From Hypanus sabinus (taxonomy: Eukaryota), in contig NC_082707.1 of the NCBI RefSeq assembly GCF_030144855.1, positions 84,692,001 through 84,756,000 of the forward strand: a stretch of 64,000 nucleotides of DNA, given 5' to 3'. Shown piece by piece: positions 37,301-52,300 of the stretch; position 1 is the stretch's first letter, and each line of letters starts with the position of its first letter. Below the pieces are notes generated by a model that was not told the DNA's origin, did no database searches, and saw only the letters and a list, made by a program, of their open reading frames with translations. The translations under genes and the position numbers were made by a program.

Positions 37301-40300
37301 TCACTTCTGCTGCTTCATTCATCTTGGTGATCATAGCGCTAACCACGTCATCCGCATCACTGATGAAAGTGCCACCATCTCGATTTCGCCGCCGCCTCCG
37401 GTTCTGATCTTTCTTCTTCTGTAGCATCATCTCAAAATCAGAAACAAAGTCTGAACTGCAACAGAAATAAACCCATCAATGTATAAACGATTACACTAGA
37501 GAGAGTACACCTTCAGCAACCAAGCCCAATTCTATTAAAAATTCCAGTAATACATGGATAGGTCTGTACATCCCTTGGCATGTGGAATTTTCCAAAGGAT
37601 AGTGGAATGTGTAATTTCACACTTCCATTATTTGAAGCTTTAAGTCATTCGATCAGGCCATCTGAACCATAACTCTCTGCCAAAAGAGCATGATCATCCC
37701 AGCACTGCCCATAAGGAATTCGTACATTGCCCCCATGACTGCACAAGTTTTCACTGGGTGCTCCGGTTTCCTTCCACAGTCCAAAGTTGGTAGTTAATTG
37801 GTCATTGTAAATTATCCTGTGATTAGGCTGGGATTAAATCGGATTGTTGGGGTTGCAGCTCAAAGGGCCAGTAGGGCCTATTCCACACCGTATCCCAATA
37901 AATAAATAAACCAATCCCAAATGCATAGTAGTGCATTTTCAGAGTGGGGTTCTTTAAAATCTGATTGGGTCATTAATTTACTATTTTATTGCTTAATCTC
38001 GCTCCACCCCTGCAACTTTTGAAGCAAAAATTTTCCTTTCTGGTGTAGTGGAATTCTGTTTAGCATTTTCTACTTATCAAGGTGATTTTAGAACTTATTG
38101 TAAAAATCTATGTCAATGATAACAATAATAGTGCTTTGCATAAACTTCAACAAAATCACATTCCAGCGTAAGATGATGCTGTACAATCTGAATTTTAAGA
38201 CAATGCTTGTACTTACTCTAACCCCTTTCCTCTAACTTCATTGTCCGAGTCTGACTCTTCAGCAACTATTTTCTTTCTCTCTGCTTCCTGTGCGGCTTTT
38301 TCACCATCTAGATCCTCCTGGTTAAAACCCTGAGCAGAAGAATAAACTTCAGAGTTATGGATAATTTCTCCAGAACATAGCCAGAAATGAAACAAAGGAT
38401 AGGAGGAGCATGCTTCAATCAAGGTTTATAAGCTCTTTCCCATAAACCCTACTCGATACTAAAAGCCTGTTGGTTACATGTGTGTTATAGTGTGCAACTA
38501 TATTATGAACACAGTTGAAATGACCTTACAGCAACAAGTTGAAAACTTACCCTGAAGAAAACAAACAACTGAGGAAGTGCAGCGTAGATTCACTAGGTTG
38601 ATTCCTGGGATGGCAGGGCTGTCTTACGCAGAGAGATTGGAGAGATTGGGCTTGTACACGCTGGAATTGAGGAGATTGAGAGGGGATCTGATTGAAACGT
38701 TTAAGATAATTAAAGGATTTGATAGGATTGAGGCAGGAAATATGTTCCAGATGTTGGGAGAGTCCAGTACCAGAGGGCATGGATTGAGAATAAGAGGTCA
38801 GTTATTTAAAACAGAGTTGAGGAAGAGCTTCTTCTCCCAGAGAGTTGTGGAGGTGTGGAATGCACTGCCTCGGAAGACGGTGGAGGCCAATTCTCTGGAT
38901 GCTTTCAAGAAGGAGCTGGATAGATATCTGATGGATAGGGGAATCAAGGGATATAGGGACAAGGCAGGGACTGGGTATTGATAGTGAATGATCAGCCATG
39001 ATCTCAGAATGGCGGTGCAGACTCGAGGGGCCGAATGGTCTACTTCTGCACCTATTGTCTATTGTCTATTAACTCATAAGCTTGATCTTGAAAATCTATT
39101 TGGAAACTCAGTTTGAAGTCTATTGCAACTTTGAATGTCAGTATAGTCAACACCTTATTTTCTCAGAGCCACTATAAATCAGATAGGTTAGACAATAAAT
39201 GACATACTTACCGTGAATCTAATTCATTTTAAATAGAGCATTATTAGCATCAAACTCCTGGGTCAAACTTCTGTTACCAGTATAGTTTCCTCTATACCAC
39301 CAACAAATCAATTCCAAGTCAGAGAGGGCATGGCATACAAACAGTTGCCTTTTGATTGTTTCATTAAGCATACCTGCCATAAAGTTCATACCACATTTTT
39401 CTTTGGTCCAATAAACTGATGCTTACTATACTAATAACGATTGAATAGTGATTTGACAATTTTCTCAGAATGGTTTGGTCAGCAGCAAACTTGCTCAATT
39501 CAGTATATAAACAAAATTATAATAACTTGGTTAAAAGTGAGTTTGATTATTGAGTAATACCACTGCTACAACTCCTGGATCATCTCATTTATTTTCTTTG
39601 GTTTGGAAGTACTAGTAAATCTCATATTATGGTTAACATATCCCCTGTGCATTTCTTTACCATACATCAGTGTTACCAACTTCCAGTCAAGTAAAATCAT
39701 AAACCATGCCTTTAAGTAACAGAGCTACTCCCTTGTAAAATGAACAGGCTAATGTGTGTTTCATGTGCATGTCCAATCTGCCAATTGACATTTTGTGATA
39801 GGAGTGTAGGACCAAAACAGACAGCATCTAAGAAATTAAATTTAACTCACTTTCATCTAACCAGCCAATGCTCTTTTTTTAAAATCACAAGTACATAAAA
39901 GGTACACATTTTCCTTATAAATGACCTGCTCTATTATCATTCTTTTAATTAAACGAATACTCTTCCTAAGTTTTATTAGCTATTAAATCAGAAAATCTAT
40001 CCATTCCACATCTCCATTACCACAAAAATGCACAATTCTCTCACTCTTTTAATTATTTTCTAAACCAGAATTTGCCAAATTTGCAGTGGAGGAGGGTGCG
40101 ACAACAAGCAAATTCCTTAACTGCTCCTCTGTTCAACAAAATACACTACACTTTTAACAATCCCCCAACTCCCAAGAGTGGAATCTTGGCAGTTACCTCA
40201 TGCCGAGCTTAAATGTACAGGATCATCGCAATAATAGATGGAGATGATTGTAGAAATTTTGAAAACATTATTAGCCATTGTCCGCAGCCATTGTGGAACA

Positions 40301-43300
40301 CAACTCCAATGCCAAGCTTTGAAAAAATTTCTGCCATGTGGCTGTAAAGAGAATTTTAAAGGTACTTGAATTTGCCATAGCTTAAAAACACACCACTTAG
40401 ACAAAATGCATTTCCAAATGCCCTCTGTGGAACACTAAACAATCCTGAAGTGTGATAGTTCCAGTGGCTTGCAGTATGTGCTTTAGCCACTTTCCAGTTT
40501 ACGAGGAATGAGAACTGAACCCACTGAAGTGATCTTGACTCCACTGGATAAGTCCTCGTACTGATATGACGCAACATGCTCTTTCAGCTGGGAGATCCTC
40601 TCATTATCTTAGACATCCAGTTTTCTTCAACCAGTAAGACCAGAACACTCGTTTAATTGTGTCAAGTGCTTTGTACTCAACATGTTCACAAAGCAGCAGG
40701 CAAACTTAATGTACGATTGTGAAGCACTACAGATATCTCAATTAGGTGAGTGATGCTGGAAGGGCAGCAAAATACTTGATTTGGTTTAATGGGAAAGCCA
40801 CAATAGGAAAACAGGTTCTGAGAATTCATCTACAAGTGTCGAGCATAAATCCAGAGGGACTAAGAATATACAACTCACTTGAAACACAGTGTTACTGGAC
40901 ACACAGGACAGAGTTAATTTTAGATCTCTCTAGTTAGGATATGATGGGCCAACTAGTGCTTTGTAAACATTCATGAGACTAAGTAGCCCAAAATGAAGTT
41001 TCAATTACAAAGATACGTGTGAGCGAGAACACTCGGTAGATGTACTCCACACACACTTGTCACTCTGCCTTGTCATTCTGTTGTCATTGCACTAAGGGTG
41101 TGCACTTCACTGTCTTCCCTGATATATTCTCATAATAGGTTCTAAACTGGGCTGAAGCACTCAGGTTGGCTTTATGATGTCTTTCATGCCATACATGGTG
41201 AAATATTCTATTTCTTTAGTAATGTTGTTTGTACATGTATTAAGAAGGAGGGAAACTCACACTGGGCAAAAGTAGTAAAGCTATTATTGCTTTTTTTTTG
41301 GTAGATATACTTCTGTAGATATTGACAGGTTACTCTTCACTATTTTCTCTAATTTTATACACATCCTTGCACTAAAGGGCTAAGCGTCTCCAGCCATTTT
41401 TCTCTTTGATCATAACCAATGTATCCAGCAATATGGCAGTGGCTAGAACTGAGAAACAATCTATGATGTGTAGTACAGCGTGAACTGAACACTGGCTGAA
41501 TGTCAACACAGCCTTCTCTCCCAAATAGATGTACTGTGCAATTTGTAGCCCATGTATCTTTACTGGCTAAGCACTCTGAAATTTCTGATCATTAGCTCTC
41601 AGTCGTACCAGTCTAGGCTATAGGCACTTTGAAAAGCAAACTTCTACCCAATTATTAGAACTAAAACATTAAATATTCAAGGGCTTTGTAAGTAAATAAA
41701 TCACCAAGTCCAGAAAATATATATCTCAGGCCATTGAAAAAGTAAGTGAAGGAACAGTGTTGGCATAAATCATGTTTAATTACATGGAGGGTGAACAAGT
41801 GCAGGAAAATTGGAAAAGTACTTAACGTGGCACTTTAGCTCAAAAAAGGAGAAAAATAATAGACCAAGTATCACTAGACAAACACACAGGAAGCAAATTA
41901 TTAGTAAACATCTGAGGAATGCACTCAGAAAGGTACATACTGATCAAGTTGATACAGTTTTGTTAAGGCACAGTCGAATTGATGATAAGAAGGCCTGATG
42001 ATACAGCCTATATGACAGAATAATGAAGAATTAAAAGCCTGTGGAATCCCAAGGAATGAAATAGTTTGGATCCAAAATAAATTCTTTGATAGGAGGTCAA
42101 GGTTGATAAACTATAGAAAGGTTTATAAAGGTATATAAAATTACAAGATGTCTGGAACCATTGAACAGGAAATACTTTTTCACTAGAAGATATCAATAAC
42201 AGATGAGTACATTTGAGTTATTATGTAGGATTATGAAGAATGAGGTTTTATCCCATCTCATGAATTATGGGAGTTTGATTCTTATACAAGTATACAGGCA
42301 GAAACCCTCATTCTATTTTAAATAGGACCTGGAACAGCATTCTATTTGCTATAACATACGAGTTACAAAATTTTGTCTAAAGAATCTTTTTTATGGTTTA
42401 CAAGGTAGGCTAAAGTGGCTTCTTTTATAAACTTTTACGATAACTTGAGTTTACTTGGTTTTCAGAACAGGCCAAGTGTCAGATTGAAAATACTATTTAA
42501 GAGTTATTTAAATAGATATGAATATTTTGTACGTTGCCCTCCAAATACCTTTCCTTGGAAAGGTTACAAGCATTTATTATTTAAGTTAACATTATTATTT
42601 TACAAATATTCTTTGACAGAGTTTAAGTCTACAACAATAAGCAGGGTATTTTTTTGTTTTTAAAACAGTAATAAATCAGCTGAACCACAGTGCTTACAAA
42701 CCAACTCTATACGTACTGTAAACTCTTCCCCTTCATCATCCGATTCACCAAAAATGTCAGCTATCAAGTTTCCAACACCAGTCCTGTTTTGAGGAAGCAG
42801 AGGACAATGTTACCAGGTTACCCATAGACATTTGTCCCATTAATAGGAAATATTATCTATATGTGAGGGCATATTCTCATATTCCACTGCAGCTGCAACG
42901 CCACTGAGCATCCGCACATACCCTGTTATGGCCGATGGAGATTTCCTAATATGGCACATCTCCAAAAGAAATTAATTTCCACTAAAATTTAGAACAACTG
43001 ATTGTTGTTTGCGACGTATATAAATGACCTGGATACAGATATAGATGGGTGGATTAGTAAGATTGCACATGATACCAAGATTGGTGGAGTTCTGGATAGT
43101 GTAGAAGACTGGCAAAGAATACAGCACAATTTAGATCATTGCAGATCTGGGCAGAGAAATGGCAGATGGAGTTTAACCCAGATAAATGTGAGGTGTTGCA
43201 TCTTGGTAGGGAAAATGCAGACAGTCCGAGCAGAGAGATCCTGGGGTCCAAGTTTATAGCTCTTTGAAAGAGGCTACACAGTTTGATAAGGAACGGGTTG

Positions 43301-46300
43301 CACCTTAATAGGCGGGAGACCAGCATTCTGGCAGACAGGTTTGCCACTGCAACATGGATGTGTTTAAACTAAGTAGTGGGCGGGGGGAGGGGATGAACTG
43401 GAAATATAAGGATGGAGTTAAAGGGAAAGTGAAAATAAGAAAAATTAAAAAGGACAACAGAATCAATGGAGTAGAGAGCTCAAGAAGAGATCATACAGTA
43501 TGGCCAAGTGAAATAGGAATTGATATGAAAGGAGAGGGGAGTAATGAATTAAAAGTATTATATATGAATGCACGAAATATAAGGAATAAAGTAGATGAGC
43601 TTGAGACTCAGTTGGAAATTGGCAAGTACGATGTTGTGGGAATAACAGAGACATGGCTTCAAGCGGACAGAACCTGGGAAATGAATATTCAAGGATATAC
43701 ATTTTATCGAAAGGACAGACTGACTGGCAGAGGGGGTGGGGTGGCTCTATTGGTGAGGAATGATATTCAGTCCCTTGCGAGGGGGGACACAGAATCAGGG
43801 GATGTAGAGTTAATATGGATAGAACTGAGAATTTCTAAGGGTAGAAAGACCCTAATGGGAGTTATCTACAGGCCCCCAAACAGCAGTCTGGATGTAGGGT
43901 GTAAGTTGAATGAAGAGTTAAAATTGGCATGTCGCAAAGGTAATGATATAGTTGTCATGGGGGAATTTCAACATGCAGGTAGACTGGGAGAATCAGAATG
44001 GTACTGGACCCCAAAAAAGGGCGTTTGTGGAGTGCCTCCGAGATGGATTCTTAGAACAGCTTGTACTGGAGCCTACCAGGGAGAAGGCAATTCTAGATTT
44101 AATGTTGTGCAATGAACCAGATTTGATCTGGGATCCCGAGGTAAAGGAACCATTAGGAGGTAGTGACCATAATATGAAATGTTTTAACCTACAATTTGAG
44201 AAGGAAAAGGGAAAATCGGATGTGTCAGTATTACAGTTGAACAAAGGGAGCTATGAGGGAGGAGCTGGCCAAAGTTCAATGAAACAATACCCATGCAGGG
44301 AAGACAGTGGAACAACAATGGCAGGTATTTCTGGAAATAATGCAGAAGGTGCAGGATCGGTTCATTCCAAAGAGGAAGAAAGATCCTAAGGGGAGTAAGG
44401 GGTGGTTGTGGCTGATGAGGGAAGTAAAGGGCAGTAAAAAAATAAAAGAGAAATATAACATAGCAAAGATGAGCGGGAAAACAGGGTACTGGGGAGCTTT
44501 TAAAGAGCAACAGATAACAAAAAAGGCAATATGCCAAGAAAAAAATGAGGCACGAAGGTAAACTAGCCAAGAATATAAAGGAGGATAGTAAAAGCTTTTT
44601 TAGGTATGTGAATAGCAAAAAAAATAGTTAAGACCAAAATTGGGCCATTGAAGACAGAAATGGGTGAATTTATTATGGGGAACAAGGAAATGGCAGACGA
44701 GTTGAAAAGGTACTTTGGATCTGTCTTCACTAGGGAAGACACAATCTCCCAGATGTAATAGTGGCCAAAGGAACTAGGGTAAAGGATGAACTGAAGGAAA
44801 TTTATATTAGGCAAGACACGGTGTTGGATAGCCTGTTGAGTCTGAAGGCTGATAAGTCCCCGGGACCTGATGGTCTGCATCCCAGGGTACTTAAAGAGGT
44901 GGCTCTAGAAATCATGGGCGCATTGGTAATCATTTTCCAATGTTCTATAGATTCAGGAACAGTTCCTACAGATTGGAGGGTGGCTAATGTTGTCCCACTT
45001 TTCAAGAAAGGAAGGAGAGAGAAAACAGAGAATTATAGACCAGTTAGCCTGACATCAGTGGTGGGAAAGATACTGGAGTCAATTATAAAAGAGGAAATTA
45101 CGACACATTTGGATAGCAGTAGAAGGATCAGTCCGAGTCAGCATGGATTTATGAAGGGAAAATCATGCTTGACTAATCTTCTGGAGTTTTTTGAGGATGT
45201 AAGTATGAAAATGGACAAGGGAAAGCCAGTGGATGTAGTGTACCTGGACTTCCAGAAAGCTTTTGATATAGTCCCACATAGGAGATTAGTGGGCAAAATG
45301 AGGGCACATGGTATTGGGGGCACAGTACTGACATGGACTGAAAATTGGCTGGCTGACAGGAAACAAAGAGTAGCGATTAATGGGTCCCTTTCGGAATGGC
45401 AGGCTGTGACCAGTGGGGTACCGCAAGGTTTGGTTCTGGGACCGCAGCTGTTTATAATATACATTAATGATTTAGATGAAGGGATTAAAAGTAACATTAG
45501 CAAATTTGCCGATGACACAAAGCTGGGTGGCAGTGTGAAATGTCAGAAGGATGTTATGAGAATGCAGGGTGACTTAGACAGGTTGGGTGAGTGGGCAAAT
45601 GTATGGCAGATGCAGTTTAATGTGGATAAATGTGAGGTTATCCACTTTGGTGGCAAGAACAGGAAGGCAGATTACTATCTAAATGGAGTCAAGTTAGGAA
45701 ACAAGAAAGTACATCGAGATCTAGGTGTTCTTGTACATCAGTCAATGAAAGCAAGCATACAGGTACAGCAGGCAGTGAAGAAAGCTAATGGCATGCTGGC
45801 CTTTATAACAAGAGGAATTGAGTATAGGAGTAAAGAGGTCCTTCTGCAGCTGTCCAGGGCCCTGGTGAGACCCCACCTGGAGTACTGTGTGCAGTTTTGG
45901 TCTTCAAATTTGAGGAAGGACATTCTTGCTATTGAGGGAGTGCAGCATAGGTTCACAAGGTTAATTCCCGGAATGGCAGGACTGTCATATATTGAAAGAT
46001 TGGAGCAACTGGGCTTCTATACACTGGAATTTAGAAGGATGAGAGGGGATTTGTTTGAAACATATAAGGTTATTAAGGGATTGGACACGCTGGAGGCAGG
46101 AAGCATGTTCCCACTGATGGGTGAGTCCAGAACTAGAGGCCACAGTTTAAAAATAAGGGGTAGGCCATTTAGAACAGAGATGCAGAAAAACTTTTTCACC
46201 CAGAAAGTGGTAGATATGTGGAATGCTCTGCCCCAGAAGGCAGTGGAGAACAAGTCTCTGGATGCATTCAAGAGAGAGTTAGATAGAGCTCTTATAGATA

Positions 46301-49300
46301 GCAGGGTCAAGGGATATGGGGAGAGGGCAGGAACGGGGTACTGATTGTGGATGATCAGCCATGATCACAGTGAATGGTGGCGCTGGCTAGAAGGGCCAAA
46401 TGGCCTACTCCTGCACCTATTGTCTATTGATAAGGTGGTTATGGTGGCTTATGGAATGCTTGCTTTTATTAGTCAAGACATTGTGTTCAAAAGTCAAGTG
46501 GTTATGTTGCAAAGAATTCTGATCAGGCCACATCTGGAGTACTGCATACCATTCTGGTCATTCCACTATAGAGGGTGCAAAAGAGGTTTACTAGAATGTT
46601 AAACACAAAATACTCTGCAGATGCTGGGGTCAAAGCAACATGCACAACACATTGGAGGAACTCAACAGGTCAGGCAGCATCTGTGGAAATGAACAGTCAA
46701 CGTTTCGGGCTGAGAACCTTCATCAGGACTGAAGAGGGAGGGGGCAGGTGCCCTATAAAGAATGTGGGGGGGGGGGGAGGATGGGAAGAAGGCTGGTAGG
46801 TGCCAGGTGAAAAACCAGTAAGGGGAAAGATCAAGGGGTGGGGAAGGGGAAGCGGGGGGGGGGGGGGGGGGGGGTAGGCAGTAGAGGTGAAGGAGGAATG
46901 TAAGGGGAAAGCACTATCGGTAGTAGGAGGTGGCGGAACCATGAAGGAGGTGATAGGCAGCTGGAGGAGGCAGAGTGAAAATGGGATGGGGGGAGGGGCA
47001 GGGAATTACCGGAAGTTGGAAAATACGATGTTCATACCAAGGGGCTGGAGCCTACCCAGATGGTATATGAGATGTTGCTCCTCCAACCTGAGTTTGGCCT
47101 CATCATGACAGTAGAGGATGTATGGACATACCCAAATGGGAATGTGAAGCAGAGTTGAAGTGGGTGGCAACCAGGAGATCCTGTCTGTTGTGGCGGACTG
47201 AGCGGAGGTGATCGACGAAGCGGTCCCCCAATCTGCGTCGGGTCTCACCGATGTAGAGGCTGCACCGGGAGCACCGGATGCAATAGATGACCCCAACAGA
47301 CTCACAAGTGAAGTGTTGCCTCACCTGGAAGGACTGTTTGGGGCCCTGAATGGTGGTAAGAGAGGAAGTGTAGCGACAGATGTAGCATTTATGTTTGCAG
47401 GGTTAAGTGCCAGGTGGGAGATCTGTGGGGAGGGACGTGTGGATCAGGGAGTCGTGAAGAGAACAATCCCTGCAGAAAGCGGAGAGGGGTAGAGAGGGAA
47501 AGATGTGCTTAGTGGCGGGGTCCTGTTGAAAGTGGCGGAAGCTGCGGAGGATAATGTGCTGGATCCGGAGGCTGGTGGGGTGGTAGGTGAGGACAAGGGG
47601 AACATGGTCCCCGTTGTGGTGATGGGAGGATGGGGTGTGGGCCAAAGTGCAGGAAATGGAGGAGATGTGGGCGAGGGCATCATTGATAACGGCAGACGAG
47701 AAAGCATGATCCTTAAAGAAAAAGGACATTTGAGCTGTCCTGGAATGGGAAGCCTCATCCTGGGAGCAGATGCAGCAGAGACGGAGGAACTGGGAATAGG
47801 GAATAGCATTTTTGCATGTGGTAGGGTGGGAAGAGGTACAGTCGAGGTAGTTATGAGAGTCAGTGGATTTATAGAAGATGTCAGTGGACAGTCTGTCTCC
47901 AGAGATGGAGACCGAGAGATCGAGAAAGGGAAGAGAAGTGTCTGAGATGGATCAAGTGAATTTGAGGGCTGGGTGGAAGTTAGAGGCAAAGTCGATGAAA
48001 TTGATGAGTTCAGCATGGGTGCAGGAAGCAGTACCAATGTAGTCGTCAATATAGCGAAGGAAAAGTTGGGAAGCAGTACCAGTATAGATTTGGAACATAG
48101 ACTGTTCCATATAACCAACGAAGAGTCAGGCATAGCTGGGGCCCATGCAAGTTCCCAGAGCTACACCCTTGGTCTGAAGAAAGTGGGAAGAGCCAAAAGA
48201 GAAGTTATAAGTGTAATCACCAGTTCTGCCAACCAGAGAAATGTGATGGTGGTGGGAAACTGGTGAGGTTTATTGTCCAGAAAGTAGCAGAGGGTTTTCA
48301 GGCCTTCTTGATGGGGAATTGAAGTGTATAAGGTTTGATCATCCATAGTGAAAATGAAACGGTTGGGACCGGGAAACTGGAAGTTATTGAAGAGGTGGAA
48401 GGAATGGGATGTATCCCGGATGTAGGTGGGGAGGGACTGAATGATGGGTGACAAAATGGAGTCCAGGTAGGCAGACACAAGTTCAGTGGGGCAGGAGCAG
48501 GCCAAAACTATGGGTCTACCAGGACAGTCAGGCTTGTGGATCTTGGGGAGGAGGTAAAACCGAGCAGTGCAGGGTGTGGGAATTATGAGTTTTTTGGCTG
48601 AGGATGGAAGGTCTCTGGAGTTGATAAGGGTGGTGATGGTACGGGAGACAATGCTGCCTGGTTGAGAGGGCATGTGCTATTATGAGAGGCTGGGCAAACT
48701 TGAAAACAGAACATCTACAGATGCTAGAAATCCAAGCAACACACAACTGAAGCTCAGGGTAGATCTGAAAGGTTATGAGAGGCATAGATAGAGTAGACAG
48801 AAATTATCTTTTTTCCCCAGGGCAGAAATGTCTAATACCAGAGGGCATGCATTGAAGGTGAAAAGGGGATATGGGGGGGGGGGGGGGGGGTTTACTCAGA
48901 ATGGTGGATGCCTGGAATGCAGCTGCCTGGTATGGTGGTAGAGGCAGATACGTTAGAGGCTTTTAAGGGACATTTAGATACGCACATGAATATGAGGAAG
49001 ATAGAGGGAAATGGACATTATGTACAGAGGAGGGATTCATTTTTGGGAGATTTTTCATTTACTTGTTAGCATGGTTCAAAACAACATCATGGGCCGAAGG
49101 GCTTGTTCCTATTCTGTACTGTTCTATGTTCTATCGTGCATGCATCTGGTTAAATGGTGGAAATATCTTGACTCCTGATCCTGGTGGATATTTACAAAAA
49201 ACCTACAATTCATCCAGCTGGTAGCAGAAAACTACATTGCCATTATGCACCATGACCTCCTGAGTAGTATGGCTCACCCTTAACTCAAGTACACCAGCAC

Positions 49301-52300
49301 ATAATTCAGGTTGCTATAATAGTGAAGGAGGATTATATTGGAGGTTAGGTGTCAAGTGTGTGTTGGGTGCCTTTGGTTTTAAACAAATCCTAGTGAGATT
49401 CTCTGGCCAGTCATTAAACATCTCGTGAACTTGCTCTCTTGTTGAACTGCATACAATTATTCTTCCATCAAAGGTGCTAAAGCAGTTTAACTATTAACTC
49501 ATGGCTGTTTGTGTATCTTCTACTCTGATCAGCTGCCTATAAAACAATGACTGAATTAAGATTATTTTTTTCCACAAAAGACTTTGGAAAATTTGATGAA
49601 GCAACAGGAAGCTTCAAGGAAGAATGCTGAAGAAAGCTCACCAATGTCTCTACTCTCTGAAGAGAGCTGGACTTTGCACATCCACATTCATATCATTCAA
49701 CAAATGTGCAGTCCAGAGCATCTTAACAAACTGCATCACTGCTTGGTCAGAAAATTGCACTATGGCAGACAGGAAGGCTATACAATAGGTAGCCAAAACT
49801 CCGCAACGCATCACTGGCATCAGCCTACCTTCCATCAAGGACATATATATATAGAAGGGTACCAGAAAAGAACCAGTATCATGAATGATCCTACCCACCC
49901 TGTTCATGGACTGTTTGTAGCACTCTCCTCAAGGAGGCTACGTTCATCAGACTCAAAAACTGTTACTTTCCCCAAGCAGCAAGGCTGATCGACAGTTCAC
50001 ACCATCCCAGTCACCGATACTTTATCATTTCCTGTCAGCTACCTTACGGACAGGATACCCCCGTGCCCAGTTTATGGACATACAACCAATCTAAGGAGAG
50101 TCACAGAGCCAAGAAAAGTACAGCACAGAAACAGGCCATTTGCCCATCTAGTCTGCACCGAACCATTTAAACTGCCTGCATCCATCGACCTTCAGCAGGG
50201 CCACAGCCCTCCATACCTATCCAAACTTCTCTTAAGTGTTCAAATCAAACTCGCATACACCACTAGTGTTGGCAGCTCATTCTACACTCTCACAAACCTG
50301 AGTGAATACATTCCCCTTAAATTTATCATCTTTTACCCTTAACCCATGACCTCTAATTGTAATCATGCCCAACTTCAGTGGAAAAAGCCTTCTTGCATTT
50401 AACCTATCTATACCCCTCATAATTTTGTATACCTCTATCAAGTCTCCTCTCAATCTTCTACATTCTAAGGAATAAATCCTAACATAGTCAATCTTTCTTT
50501 ATAACTCAGGTCGTCCAGTCCCAGCAACATCCTTCTAAATTTCTCTGTACTTCTTCAATCTTGTTTACATTGCTCCTGAGGCAGGTGACCAAAATTGCAC
50601 ACAATACTCCAAATTAAGCCTCACGTGTCTTATACAACTTCAACATAACATCCCATTCCCTACACTCAGTGCTTTGATTTATGAAGGCCAATGTGCCAAA
50701 AGCTTTCTTTACAACCATATTTACCTGTGACATCACTGTCAACGAATTAAGGACCTGCATTCCCAAATCCCTTTGTGTACAGCACTCCTCAGTGCCCTAC
50801 CGCTTTCTGTGCAAGACTTACCCTGATTTGGCCTACCAAAGTACAAAGTCTCGCCCTTGTCTGCATTAAATTCCATCTGCCATTTTTCAGCCCATTTTTC
50901 CAGCTGGTCCAGATCCCGCTGCAAGCTCTGATAGTCTTCCTCGCTGTTCACTACACCCCTAATCTTGGTGACATCTACAAATTAGCAGATCCAGTTAACC
51001 ATATTATCATCCAGATCATTGATATAGATGATAAAATCAATAGACCCAGCACCAATCTCCGTGACATTCTCCTGGTCATAGGCTTCCAGTCAGAGAAGCA
51101 ACCATCTCCTACCACTCTCCAGTTTCTCCTGTGAAGCCAATGTCTAATCCAATTTACTACCTCATCTTGAAAGCCGAGCGACTGAAACTTCTTAACCAAC
51201 CTCCCATGTGGGTCCTTGTCAAATGCTTTGCTAAAGTCAATGTAGACAACATTCACTGCCTTGCCTTCACCAACTTTCCTAGTAACTTCCTTGAAAAACT
51301 CCTTAACATTGGTCAGACATGAAGCCATGTTGACCATCTCTAATCAGTCCATGCCTATCCATTTGGATATCAGATAAGAGACTCATATCCAGTCCCTTAG
51401 AATACCTTCCAATTAACTTTCTCAATACTGATATCAGGCTCACTGGCCTATAATCTCCTGGCTTATGTTTAGGGCCTTTCTTGAACAGCTGAGGGTAGCA
51501 ACATTGGCTATTCTCCAACATTGGCTTACCTGTCGCTAAGATGATGTAACTATTTCTGCTAGGGCCCCTGCAATTTCTGCACTTGCCTCCCACAGGGTCC
51601 AAGGGAACAACAGGCCCTGGGGATTTATCCACCCTAATTTGCCTAAAGTCAGTAAACATATGTATATACCCTTAGATATTTATATTGATTGTGTTTTTTA
51701 ACTATCACTGTGTTCTTTATCTTTTGTGGTTTTTTGTGTTGCATCTGATCTGGAGTAACAATTATTTTGTTCTTCTTTACATCAGTATACAGGAAATGAC
51801 ATTAAACAACCTCAAGTACTACTTAAATGGCAGCTTTTCACTGCTTCCATAAAGTAACGGTGGGTAATTTCATAAGATACAAGCCACTGCTGTGAGGTAT
51901 TTAACATCAGGAAGTAGGCTCTTTAGCCCATCAAGTTCACAGCAAACATCCCAAATGTAGCAAGAGAATTCTGACCTTGACTTTATCAGGCGAAACCTTG
52001 CCTGCTTTTCTACAGGCGGAATACAGCTGTTTGTTTATACAATATTTTCAATGCAACATTTTTACTATACCAGCAAGTTAGAAACTAGTTGCACATGAGT
52101 CTTTACTTAATGGAATACTGAACAATTGTGAAGATGCAAAGAGTTTGCCTTGTATGTGAAAGCTAAATGGATTACAGATTAAGAACTGGAAGAGGTTAAA
52201 CATAACTGCACTCAAGTATCATGCATCCCAACTCATTTTTTGACCATAATGTAGACCATTTGGCTACAATGCCAAATGATTAGCCAAAGAGCAAACAACA

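Larger units (their letters stand above)
43002..49135 (+). mobile_element. Older CR1 copy split into pieces (43002-43291, 46427-46600, 48653-49135) by later insertions
   Basis: RT motif YINDLD...[12 protein letters not shown] in the first piece; the CR1 sequence reads through when the inserts are removed. Confidence 0.82.

Noticed and set aside
38545-39212. Two perfect GTAAGT donors on - (near 38550 and 39211) as a poison exon
   Set aside because: Such hexamers are expected many times by chance in 45 kb of AT-rich intron, and a CR1 sits between them; no other support.
40560-41600. Possible ancient GIY-YIG/Penelope relic on -
   Set aside because: Only faint motif resemblance; too degraded to call without an HMM search.
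44761-46344. 527-aa ORF as a host gene
   Set aside because: It is CR1 ORF2 reverse transcriptase inside a TSD-bounded insertion with upstream frameshifts.
46765-46875. Poly-G tracts as functional G-quadruplexes
   Set aside because: Part of the PLE 3' region, C-rich on the IWS1-transcribed strand, and homopolymer lengths are error-prone.
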